This document shows, piece after piece, positions 1-6,708 of a stretch of 28,620 nucleotides of DNA. Numbering within the stretch: position 1 is the stretch's first letter; every line of letters starts with the position of its first letter. This stretch comes from a virus, in IMG/VR virus record IMGVR_UViG_3300050158_000039, positions 1-28,620 of that record; one strand, given 5' to 3'. Under the pieces are notes generated by a model that worked only from the letters and a program-made list of their open reading frames with translations, was not told the DNA's origin and did no database searches. Both the position numbers and the translations under genes were made by a program.

Positions 1-72
1 CGAATACGTATCATCGTAGTCGTTGTATCCAAAACACAATTCACGACCCTTTATAATTGCTACCTTACGCAC
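1..72 (-). CDS. 5' part of a hypothetical protein (runs off the window)
   Basis: AAGGAG RBS, then GTG at 72; open frame MRKVAIIKGRELCFGYNDYDDTYS. Confidence 0.5.
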   Translation of the reverse strand, partial: MRKVAIIKGRELCFGYNDYDDTYS

Positions 73-92
73 GGCAGTCTCCTTATTGTTAT

Positions 93-157
93 TGGCTGAA
101 TTACCACCCAGCTGAAGCTAGCAAGCTAGCAAGCTGTTTGTACATTAGTGGTAATTC
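93..157 (-). ncRNA. putative small stem-loop RNA ending in CCA
   Basis: 10-bp stem GAATTACCAC/GTGGTAATTC, inner CAGCT/AGCTG stem, 3' AG-CCA; begins 3 nt after the tRNA-Thr CCA. Confidence 0.35.
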
Positions 158-160
158 GAT

Positions 161-235
161 TGGTGCTCCGTGACGGACTCGAACCGCCTTAAACCTGACT
201 ACAAAACAGGACATCACCATCAATGCTTACGGAGC
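161..235 (-). tRNA. tRNA-Thr(UGU)
   Basis: Acceptor GCTCCGT/ACGGAGC-ACCA, anticodon loop TT-TGT-AG, T-loop TTCGAGT. Confidence 0.85.
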
Positions 236-266
236 ATGAATAAATATATGACCAAAGGATTTGATC

Positions 267-701
267 ATGAAATTGCTAGAACTATTTGATACCGACGTTG
301 CTTGGAAAGAGGTTGTACACAACCCAAAGTTAATCGAGTATCTGGTGACCATTGGTTATGGTCACTTTACCATTACCTTCGAGCAAGTCTCCCAACGAGC
401 AGTAGAGAAGCACGGGCTTGATCCAAATACATGGTTAGTTGAATTCTCTCGTGCCACTGGCCCTGGCGGAAAAGATCCGTACGGAATTACCAACACGGGA
501 AATGCACCCCAAGTACTTGCAGTTGTGACAAAAGCCATGCAAGACTTTGCTGCAAAACACCGTGTGCAATACATGATGTTTAGCGCTCACGAAGAGTCTC
601 GTAAGTCACTATACCGACGCATGATTTCTCGGCTAGGAACATTGGTAAAGGTGTACAACGTCCCAGAAGGGGAGAAGTACATCATCAAAGTGGGAAACTG
701 A
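267..701 (+). CDS. hypothetical protein, probably late/virion-associated
   Basis: ATAAATA at 240-246, AAGGA RBS, N-terminus MKLLELFD resembling processed head proteins. Confidence 0.7.
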   Translation: MKLLELFDTDVAWKEVVHNPKLIEYLVTIGYGHFTITFEQVSQRAVEKHGLDPNTWLVEFSRATGPGGKDPYGITNTGNAPQVLAVVTKAMQDFAAKHRVQYMMFSAHEESRKSLYRRMISRLGTLVKVYNVPEGEKYIIKVGN

Positions 702-766
702 GATAAAGTCGCAACGAGGGTGGATTTCATTAACAGTGAAGTACCTCTGTTAGCTACGCAACAGTT
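696..766 (-). ncRNA. Y-RNA-like structured RNA, copy 1 (tRNA-Asn-type loop CUGUUAA)
   Basis: Terminal stem AACTG/CAGTT; motifs GCGTAGC, TACTTCA and GCGACTTTATCTCAG shared with copy 2; middle stem covaries. Confidence 0.7.
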
Positions 767-767
767 C

Positions 768-920
768 GGGGAAGCGTGGAGGACTCAAACCTCCGAGCGG
801 CCATGCGCGCTTAGCCTTTTCTACAACCATTACACGATCAACCATTCGTGCGGCAGGAATCGAACCTGCGTAGTACCATACCGAGTGGGACTCGAACCCA
901 ATACTCTCCTTTACGCTTCC
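768..920 (-). ncRNA. tRNA-like RNA with three T-arm hairpins
   Basis: 8-bp closing stem GGAAGCGT/ACGCTTCC; T-arms at 886-900, 853-869 and 778-794. Confidence 0.65.
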
Positions 921-923
921 AGT

Positions 924-998
924 TGGTTGCCAGTGGGAATTCCGAGATCCCGACCTTCGCCTTATCAAGACGCTGCTCTGCCTCTGAGCTAACCGGCA
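924..998 (-). tRNA. tRNA-Ile(GAU), atypical T-loop
   Basis: Loop TT-GAT-AA, D-arm GCTCAGAGGCAGAGC, T-loop CTCGGAA, 3' ACCA. Confidence 0.8.
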
Positions 999-1004
999 AT
1001 AAAT

Positions 1005-1078
1005 TGGTCCCTTCGTCGGGAATCGGACCCGCGTCTATCGGTTATCAGCCGATTGCTCTCCCACTGAGCTACGAAGGG
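1005..1078 (-). tRNA. tRNA-Ile(GAU)
   Basis: ATCGG-CTGATAA-CCGAT; acceptor CCCTTCG/CGAAGGG-ACCA; T-loop TCCGATT. Confidence 0.85.
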
Positions 1079-1082
1079 AAGT

Positions 1083-1156
1083 AAACTGAGATAAAGTCGC
1101 CGTGACGGATTTGGTTTCATTAAAAGTGAAGTAGCCGTCGTGCTACGCAGCAGTTT
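1083..1156 (-). ncRNA. Y-RNA-like structured RNA, copy 2 (tRNA-Lys-type loop CUUUUAA)
   Basis: Terminal stem AAACTG/CAGTTT; same conserved motifs as 696-766; middle stem GACGG/CCGTC. Confidence 0.7.
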
Positions 1157-1231
1157 AGTACCCACAGTAGGACTCGAACCTACAACCGGTCGCTAATCGG
1201 GCAACAGCTCTACCAATTGAGCTATGCGGGT
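1156..1231 (-). tRNA. tRNA-Ile(GAU)-like with non-canonical anticodon loop (possible pseudo-tRNA or decoy)
   Basis: Canonical D and T arms; loop CC-GAT-TA (C33, U37); 3' end ACTA rather than ACCA. Confidence 0.65.
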
Positions 1232-1237
1232 ATAATT

Positions 1238-1313
1238 TGGTGGACCTAGAGGGAATCGAACCCTACTTACAACGTACTTGCAAGGCACGTCAGTAACCCC
1301 ATTACTTAAGCCC
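1238..1313 (-). tRNA. tRNA-Ala(UGC)
   Basis: Loop CT-TGC-AA; G3:U70 Ala identity pair; 3' ACCA. Confidence 0.88.
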
Positions 1314-1323
1314 ATGAGATTTT

Positions 1324-1399
1324 TGGTAGACCGCCGGAGGATCGAACTCCGATAAAGCCTGGGTAAGAGCCAGGTGCATAACCATTCTGCCAACGGTCC
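1324..1399 (-). tRNA. tRNA-Lys(CUU)
   Basis: CCTGG-CTCTTAC-CCAGG; T-loop TTCGATC; 3' ACCA. Confidence 0.85.
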
Positions 1400-1407
1400 A
1401 TTTAATT

Positions 1408-1482
1408 TGGTAGGGCGCCCCAGATTCGAACTGGGTTCTCTCTGCTTAAGAGGCAGGACTTCACCATCAAAGTTTGCACCCC
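1408..1482 (-). tRNA. tRNA-Lys(CUU)
   Basis: CTGC-CTCTTAA-GCAG; T-loop TTCGAAT; 3' ACCA. Confidence 0.85.
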
Positions 1483-1490
1483 AAATTTTG

Positions 1491-1814
1491 CTAAATTTCT
1501 ATTAGCCCAGCGTGGTGTTTTCTGTGACAATTTGCACACAATACAACACACTTGGCAATCTCCGCTCGAACTCTATCATCGTTCATTGCTAACATAGAAG
1601 AAACGGTTTGGTCTTTTCCTCCTAAATGGTGGAAATCTAGGCACACCACATTCATTTCTGAACACTTAACACATCCGTTACGTTTAGCTTCAGCAATGAT
1701 CGAACGCGTTCGATCACGTCTCGCTTTTTGGTTAGCTTGGTACGTTTCTTTGTTGTTTGCGTAATGTTCTTGCGCTTTGGTTCGATGGTATTCTTTGGTC
1801 TGATATTCTTTCAT
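1491..1814 (-). CDS. HNH endonuclease (free-standing homing type)
   Basis: CVKC...LDFHH...KCVVLCANCHRKHH zinc-HNH signature; GGAGA RBS. Confidence 0.85.
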   Translation of the reverse strand: MKEYQTKEYHRTKAQEHYANNKETYQANQKARRDRTRSIIAEAKRNGCVKCSEMNVVCLDFHHLGGKDQTVSSMLAMNDDRVRAEIAKCVVLCANCHRKHHAGLIEI

Positions 1815-1818
1815 AATT

Positions 1819-1857
1819 TCTCCTGGTTCGAATATATTTAGTAATCGAACCAGGAGA
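1819..1857 (-). promoter_or_regulatory. RBS-occluding hairpin with a late-promoter-like TAAATA in its loop
   Basis: 13-bp inverted repeat TCTCCTGGTTCGA/TCGAACCAGGAGA covering the HNH RBS. Confidence 0.7.
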
Positions 1858-1867
1858 GGCTTTTTTG

Positions 1868-1943
1868 CTCCGCATCTGGGTAACGATCCCAGCTAATCAT
1901 TGATTAACAGTCAAGTCCGTGCACCAAGCTCGAATTCTGCGGA
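1868..1943 (-). tRNA. tRNA-Asn(GUU), divergent, no encoded CCA
   Basis: TTGA-CTGTTAA-TCAA; G discriminator; T-arm CTGGG-ATCGTTA-CCCAG. Confidence 0.75.
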
Positions 1944-1959
1944 ATAGAAATGTATTTTG

Positions 1960-2034
1960 CTCCGCGACCAGGAGTTGAACCCGGCTAATCTGCATTAACA
2001 GTGCAGCGGTTGTCACCACGACGCCTCTCGCGGA
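1960..2034 (-). tRNA. tRNA-Asn(GUU), no encoded CCA
   Basis: CTGCA-CTGTTAA-TGCAG; acceptor TCCGCGA/TCGCGGA-G. Confidence 0.82.
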
Positions 2035-2051
2035 GCAAAATACACATTCTT

Positions 2052-2137
2052 TGGTCCTCCGGGTGGGACTCGAACCCACTGTGTCATTACGACGGCTGAT
2101 TAAAAGTCAGCTACCCGACCAGTTAGGTGTCCGGAAG
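2052..2137 (-). tRNA. tRNA-Lys(UUU) with a long variable arm
   Basis: GCTGA-CTTTTAA-TCAGC; variable region CGTCGTAATGACACA; 3' ACCA; 86 nt. Confidence 0.82.
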
Positions 2138-2151
2138 AAAAGAAACACATC

Positions 2152-2167
2152 AAATTGTAAAAGAGCA
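2152..2167 (-). promoter_or_regulatory. rrn-type boxA antitermination element
   Basis: TGCTCTTTTACAATTT versus E. coli rrn TGCTCTTTAACAATTT; upstream TCGCC/GGCGA hairpin could act as boxB. Confidence 0.7.
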
Positions 2168-2263
2168 AGCGTTTTACCACAACTCTCGCCGGTGCTCACA
2201 TTTTGGCGACGCGGAATCGGAGAATGTTTGTGATAACTTAGCTAACAAAAAAGCCCTTGAGCT

Positions 2264-2295
2264 TCTTTTGAAAAGGGTTAACCCTTTTCAAAAGA
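2264..2295. repeat. perfect 32-bp palindrome overlapping the HNH stop codon and a terminator-like hairpin
   Basis: TCTTTTGAAAAGGGTT|AACCCTTTTCAAAAGA. Confidence 0.9.
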
Positions 2296-2752
2296 TCACT
2301 TGAATACCAGCGTGATGCTCACGGTGGCAATTACTGCACAACACCACACACTTTTTAATCTCTTGTTCTATCATTTCTATAGTTATATGTTGGTCTAATA
2401 CGGCTTGTGAAATGCTGAATGATTTGGTGTTACCATCAATGTGATGCAAGTCCATCGCCTGTTTGCACTTATCATATCCACAAGCAGCGCATCGTACTTT
2501 TACACCATCAATAATTTCACGTTTAGGTTGGACCAAACGTTCGTGCCTGCGTCTATGACTTCGCACAGCCCCAGGCAACTTCATCGCGTGCTTGTTATAG
2601 CAACCGCTGCACCTAGAATGATATGCCACATATCCCGACTTTGTGGTTCCGTGTGTGGGGAACTCACTGGGCGGTTTATCCGTGTTGCAGTCTCGACAGT
2701 GCAACGTGGGCCTGTGTTGTTTTGGTATCCATCCTTCTTTCGTTTTAGGCAT
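2288..2752 (-). CDS. HNH endonuclease with N-terminal zinc finger
   Basis: CRDC...CSGC; CAAC...DLHH...KCVVLCSNCHREHH; TATAAATA at 2774-2781; GGAG RBS. Confidence 0.85.
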   Translation of the reverse strand: MPKTKEGWIPKQHRPTLHCRDCNTDKPPSEFPTHGTTKSGYVAYHSRCSGCYNKHAMKLPGAVRSHRRRHERLVQPKREIIDGVKVRCAACGYDKCKQAMDLHHIDGNTKSFSISQAVLDQHITIEMIEQEIKKCVVLCSNCHREHHAGIQVIF

Positions 2753-2830
2753 CTTAATTTACTCCGGTTTGAGTATTTATAAGAGCCCTGGTTTTCGTTT
2801 TACTTTTTCTGGGCTTTTGTTGAGCCCAAC

Positions 2831-2860
2831 AAAAAACCCACCGTGACTTCTCAGGGTGGG
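2831..2860 (-). terminator. attenuator terminator
   Basis: CCCACC-CTGA-GAAG-TCAC-GGTGGG followed by TTTTTT; the 5' arm overlaps AGAGCCC, which is complementary to GGGCTCT at 2899-2905. Confidence 0.85.
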
Positions 2861-2888
2861 CTCTTGTGTTAACTTGCGTTATGCTTCG

Positions 2889-2972
2889 TTAAGCGCGGAG
2901 AGCCCCCTGCGATGTTTTAATCGCATTATTTGTCACTGCCTTGGCGGTAATAACGGTGTTGAAGTTCATCAT
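2889..2972 (-). CDS. attenuator leader peptide MMNFNTVITAKAVTNNAIKTSQGALRA
   Basis: 27 codons plus TAA, translated by hand; weak GAAAG SD; stop codon lies inside the antiterminator region. Confidence 0.75.
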   Translation of the reverse strand: MMNFNTVITAKAVTNNAIKTSQGALRA

Positions 2973-3050
2973 TTGCTTTCGAAGTCATTGCCTCTCAGTG
3001 AGGCGTACAAGTATTTATGTCAGTTGCCTGAAAAGTTTTCAATTGCGTTT

Positions 3051-3079
3051 ATTATAACTGAGGGTCAAGTAAACGTCAA
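3051..3079 (-). promoter_or_regulatory. sigma70 promoter of the tRNA operon
   Basis: TTGACG-17 nt-TATAAT; an additional ATAAATA at 3012-3018. Confidence 0.85.
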
Positions 3080-3172
3080 CAGGTGAATTTTACTTGCCGT
3101 CAAACACAAACGCGTTCGTCTAGTTGTTACTATCTGCTATTGATAAATAGAAGTCAACAGGAGATTTTGGGT

Positions 3173-4714
3173 ATGTTGTTCATTCATCTTACAGAAATGG
3201 CTGCAGCTAAGCTGTGTCCCACTTGCGGCAAGACCATGGCTGCAAATCACTACTGGTATAAGGGCGCTTGGAAATGTAAAGGTGCAAGTAAACAACAAGC
3301 ACAAAACCCAACCATCGCAGCCGCTAAGGCGGAGCCCGAAGACGCCACCGAACAACCAACCGATGCGTCGAACTTTACGCAACCAGAAGATCAAAGTCAA
3401 CAGATTACCCCCGTACCCGCAGAACCAGACACAGCAACCGGACCAATTCACGTCTTTGCGTTATCGTTTGTTGTTGACGTTATCGAAGACGCAATGCCAG
3501 TGCTTGAGAAGGAGCTCACGAAGATCAACAAGATTGCTGCACGAGTTGGCGCTGACCCTGTGGAGCTCAAACAACTGGGCGTCGTCTTCAAGGACGCTGA
3601 ATCTCCGGGGAAGACGACAAAGTTCAAACAAAAGTTCATTACTGTTGAGCTTATCGGAGCAGCGCCACGTATTCAATCGGCTGACGGTAAGTTTTGGGAG
3701 TTCATTGGTGTAATCTCTCCGTCAGCCTCAGGCAAAGCTGTGCTCAATCTAGTCCCCGGCACTGAAGACACCGACGGTGTCCGCAAGCTCGCTTCGTCCA
3801 ATCCTTATTACTGCGATTACTGCCGGAAGGTTCGTCAGCGCAATGAGACCTTCATTGTTACTGACGGTACTGCATATCGACAGGTTGGTCGTAATTGTCT
3901 GAAGGACTTCATTGGTAGTGCTGACCCTGCTGCTCTGCTTAGTTTCTTCGGGTTCTTTCAAAATGCGGCTGACTTCAAGAGCCACATGTTGAATATGGCG
4001 ATGCGTGGCGCAAACAAGGGTGCTGGTTATGAAAAGATGTACCTGAAGCCGCGTGACATTTTAGCAACAACTATGGCCGCCATTGATGTTGTTGGCCATT
4101 ATGTGCCGGCCAAAACAGAGACTGGCGTTAGTACTGCTCAGCGAGTTCGGGAAGCGATGTGGGGGTCGGTATACCACGACGGCATTGCTGAAAAGATTTC
4201 CGACAAGATGGACGATCAGCAGTACAAGACAGAAGCTGATGACATCATCAACTGGTTCAATAGCCTACCACAAGCGGAAATTGACGCCAATACATATTAC
4301 CAAAACGTCAAGACTATGATTGACGACGATGCTGTTGAGACAAGATTCTTAGCGTACGTTGTTGGTCTGTATGCCGCGTGGAAGCGCGCTCAGCCCAAGC
4401 CAGCCGCTACTGCAACACCCCAGTTAACAAAGGATTGGCCACAAGCGTGGGGCAACGGACCTCAACCTGTAACCAAGGAGCATGCTGTTGTCAAGTTTGT
4501 GAAAGACGTTAATGGTCAGTACGGCACTTCGCAGCTGATTTTGCTGATGCTCGACAATGGTCAGGGAGTGTCGTGGTTCTACAGCGGGCGCAATACTGTG
4601 GAAAAGGACGATGAGTTTGAGCTGACCGGTGAGTTCCACAAAGACTCGTACCACAATCCACCAACGGTCAAGTTTGTGCCAGATCGCAAATGGCTACGAA
4701 GCGCGTTCCAATAA
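3173..4714 (+). CDS. phage protein with zinc-binding motifs, function unknown
   Basis: CAGGAG RBS, ATAAATA at 3143-3149; CPTC, CDYC...QVGRNCLKDFIG; possible C-terminal OB-like domain. Confidence 0.75.
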   Translation: MLFIHLTEMAAAKLCPTCGKTMAANHYWYKGAWKCKGASKQQAQNPTIAAAKAEPEDATEQPTDASNFTQPEDQSQQITPVPAEPDTATGPIHVFALSFVVDVIEDAMPVLEKELTKINKIAARVGADPVELKQLGVVFKDAESPGKTTKFKQKFITVELIGAAPRIQSADGKFWEFIGVISPSASGKAVLNLVPGTEDTDGVRKLASSNPYYCDYCRKVRQRNETFIVTDGTAYRQVGRNCLKDFIGSADPAALLSFFGFFQNAADFKSHMLNMAMRGANKGAGYEKMYLKPRDILATTMAAIDVVGHYVPAKTETGVSTAQRVREAMWGSVYHDGIAEKISDKMDDQQYKTEADDIINWFNSLPQAEIDANTYYQNVKTMIDDDAVETRFLAYVVGLYAAWKRAQPKPAATATPQLTKDWPQAWGNGPQPVTKEHAVVKFVKDVNGQYGTSQLILLMLDNGQGVSWFYSGRNTVEKDDEFELTGEFHKDSYHNPPTVKFVPDRKWLRSAFQ

Positions 4715-4740
4715 AAAAAGCCCCTTCTGGGGCTTTTTTT
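4713..4740. terminator. bidirectional intrinsic terminator
   Basis: A-tract, AGCCCC-TTCT-GGGGCT, T-tract between convergent genes. Confidence 0.9.
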
Positions 4741-4769
4741 ATAGTGGCTGAAGATATGTTATCTACGCA

Positions 4770-5840
4770 CTAACTAGCGTAGATTTGATTCTTCACGGCT
4801 TGAACGCGGTGGTTGATGATCGTCTGACGAATCTGTGATTTATCAGCCACAGACGCAGCCACAGCAGCGGCATCTACTGACTTTGCTCGAGTCAGCACAC
4901 CGTCCAAGCTCGTAGCAACCTTGGGGCCAAACACGAATCGCAAGTATTCGACAGTTTGGTGAACCAATGTGGGGTCGGAGAAAGCACGCATCTGATCCAA
5001 CACCGTCACCTGTTCTTCAGCACACGACCGGTCGAACAGGCGCAATTGAACGCTGTGCTTGCTCGCAGCCAACGGAACACGTTGCATGTCAGACGGGATT
5101 TTACAATCCGCCATTTCTTGCTTGGACATGCCGGCTGCGACCAATGCTACTCGCACATACATCGGCGTACCTGATTCGACAACGGCCAAAAGCGGAAGAA
5201 CTTGGCTGTGTGCGAACGGACGCATGCAATCAACGTCCAATGCACCACATTGTTCGAGTACCCTGAACATTCGATACGGGAGTGCTTCCGTCAGTCCCTT
5301 TTCAATCTCAGCCCAAATCCGTTCACGAGGAACGTACGCCAGCTCAGGTGCAACCTGTCGCATCAACTCCAGTGTGTCATTCGCGACGGTGAAACCATAT
5401 CGAGCAGCGAACCGAGCAGTGCGCAGCACTCGAACAGGGTCTTCTGCAAACGCCACGCTTGTGTGGCGCAGCACACGCTGCGCAATGTCGTGCTGGCCGC
5501 CGTGCGGATCGATCAGTTTGTACGTATCGTCAGTGATGTCAACAGCCATCGCATTGATCGTCAAGTCACGCCGGTACAGGTCATCTTCCAGTGTGATCGT
5601 AGGATCAAACCGAGTCTCAAACCCGTTGTATCCAACACCCGTCTTGCGTTCTTGCCGAGCCAACGCATATTCATCACCGGTTTCGGGATGCAGGAACACA
5701 GGGAATCCTGCACCAACTTGCTGAAAGCCTTGGGCCAGCATGTCTTCTGCAGTGGCACCGACAACCACATAGTCACGGTCCTTCGGCACGATGCCCATCA
5801 CCATGTCGCGTACAGCACCGCCCGTGAGATAAATCTTCAT
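4770..5840 (-). CDS. cca: class II tRNA nucleotidyltransferase (CCA-adding enzyme), apparently without an HD domain
   Basis: [34 protein letters not shown]; start at MKIYLTGG. Confidence 0.93.
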   Translation of the reverse strand: MKIYLTGGAVRDMVMGIVPKDRDYVVVGATAEDMLAQGFQQVGAGFPVFLHPETGDEYALARQERKTGVGYNGFETRFDPTITLEDDLYRRDLTINAMAVDITDDTYKLIDPHGGQHDIAQRVLRHTSVAFAEDPVRVLRTARFAARYGFTVANDTLELMRQVAPELAYVPRERIWAEIEKGLTEALPYRMFRVLEQCGALDVDCMRPFAHSQVLPLLAVVESGTPMYVRVALVAAGMSKQEMADCKIPSDMQRVPLAASKHSVQLRLFDRSCAEEQVTVLDQMRAFSDPTLVHQTVEYLRFVFGPKVATSLDGVLTRAKSVDAAAVAASVADKSQIRQTIINHRVQAVKNQIYAS

Positions 5841-5895
5841 AGTAGCTCCTTCTAATGCTCCTCCGACTATAAATAAGATCAGGAGGATTGACAAC

Positions 5896-6681
5896 ATGGG
5901 GCGGAAGCGCATCACACAACAAGAATATATCAATCGCGCAAACAGTATACACCAATCTAAGTATGATTACAGCATGACTAATTACACAACCATGGCTGAC
6001 AAAATTACCGTCAGTTGCCCAACACATGGATTGTTTGAGGTGTTAGCTTCCAATCATGTTAAACAATTAAAAACACCGTCAACCCAACACTTAGCTGCAA
6101 ACGGATGTCCCAAGTGTGGGGTTCTCAGTGTCATACAACGCAATAAGCAGGGGCGGCGCCCCTTTGCTGATTTTGTTAGAGAGGCTGAAGAGACTCACAA
6201 CGGCCAATACCAATATAGTGAGGAGGGTTACCGTGGTGTGGATAACAAAGTAAACATTACGTGTCCACACCACGGGGTCTTTCAGCAGCAGGGGAGTAAT
6301 CACTTGCGAGGTACCGGATGTCCTAAATGCAAGAACTCAAGGGGTGAGACTCAAATTGCTCGCAGCCTGACTACACACGGAATCCCGTACATGCAACAAC
6401 ATAGCTTTGAGGGATGTATTGGCGATGCTGGTAAACCATTAAAGTATGATTTTTGGTTACCATCTATTAACACAGCAATTGAATACGATGGCGAGCAGCA
6501 TTTTCATCCTGTTCGGTTTCATCAAGGTATGACAAATGAGCAGGCCGTCCAAATGTTTGAACGCACTGTTCGCTATGACAAATACAAAGATGCCTTTGCA
6601 GAGACTGTTGGCATCAAACTAATTCGTATTCCATACTTTAACCGTTGCTGGATTGGGGACATTATTGCGGGATTGGTGTGA
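5896..6681 (+). CDS. putative homing endonuclease (zinc-ribbon repeats plus PD-(D/E)xK/Vsr-like domain)
   Basis: Repeated CPxHG..F and GCPKC; YDFWLP...IEYDGEQHF; TATAAATA at 5868-5875. Confidence 0.8.
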   Translation: MGRKRITQQEYINRANSIHQSKYDYSMTNYTTMADKITVSCPTHGLFEVLASNHVKQLKTPSTQHLAANGCPKCGVLSVIQRNKQGRRPFADFVREAEETHNGQYQYSEEGYRGVDNKVNITCPHHGVFQQQGSNHLRGTGCPKCKNSRGETQIARSLTTHGIPYMQQHSFEGCIGDAGKPLKYDFWLPSINTAIEYDGEQHFHPVRFHQGMTNEQAVQMFERTVRYDKYKDAFAETVGIKLIRIPYFNRCWIGDIIAGLV

Positions 6682-6708
6682 TTGCGCCACCAACCAAATA
6701 AACTTTCA

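Noticed and set aside
696-1156. CRISPR array from the repeated AACTGAGATAAAGTCGC motif
   Set aside because: Only two copies about 390 bp apart, no regular spacers and no cas genes; better explained as paralogous ncRNAs.
720-1393. Track ORFs across tRNA regions (also 1897-2233, 25398-25910 and the upstream part of 26155-26565)
   Set aside because: They overlap well-formed tRNA genes and show no protein motifs.
2926-2988. Alternative leader ORF MTSKANDELQHRYYRQGSDK
   Set aside because: Its GAGAGG is only 2 nt from the ATG, its stop falls upstream of the antiterminator, and its composition does not match the array; it is disfavoured but not excluded.
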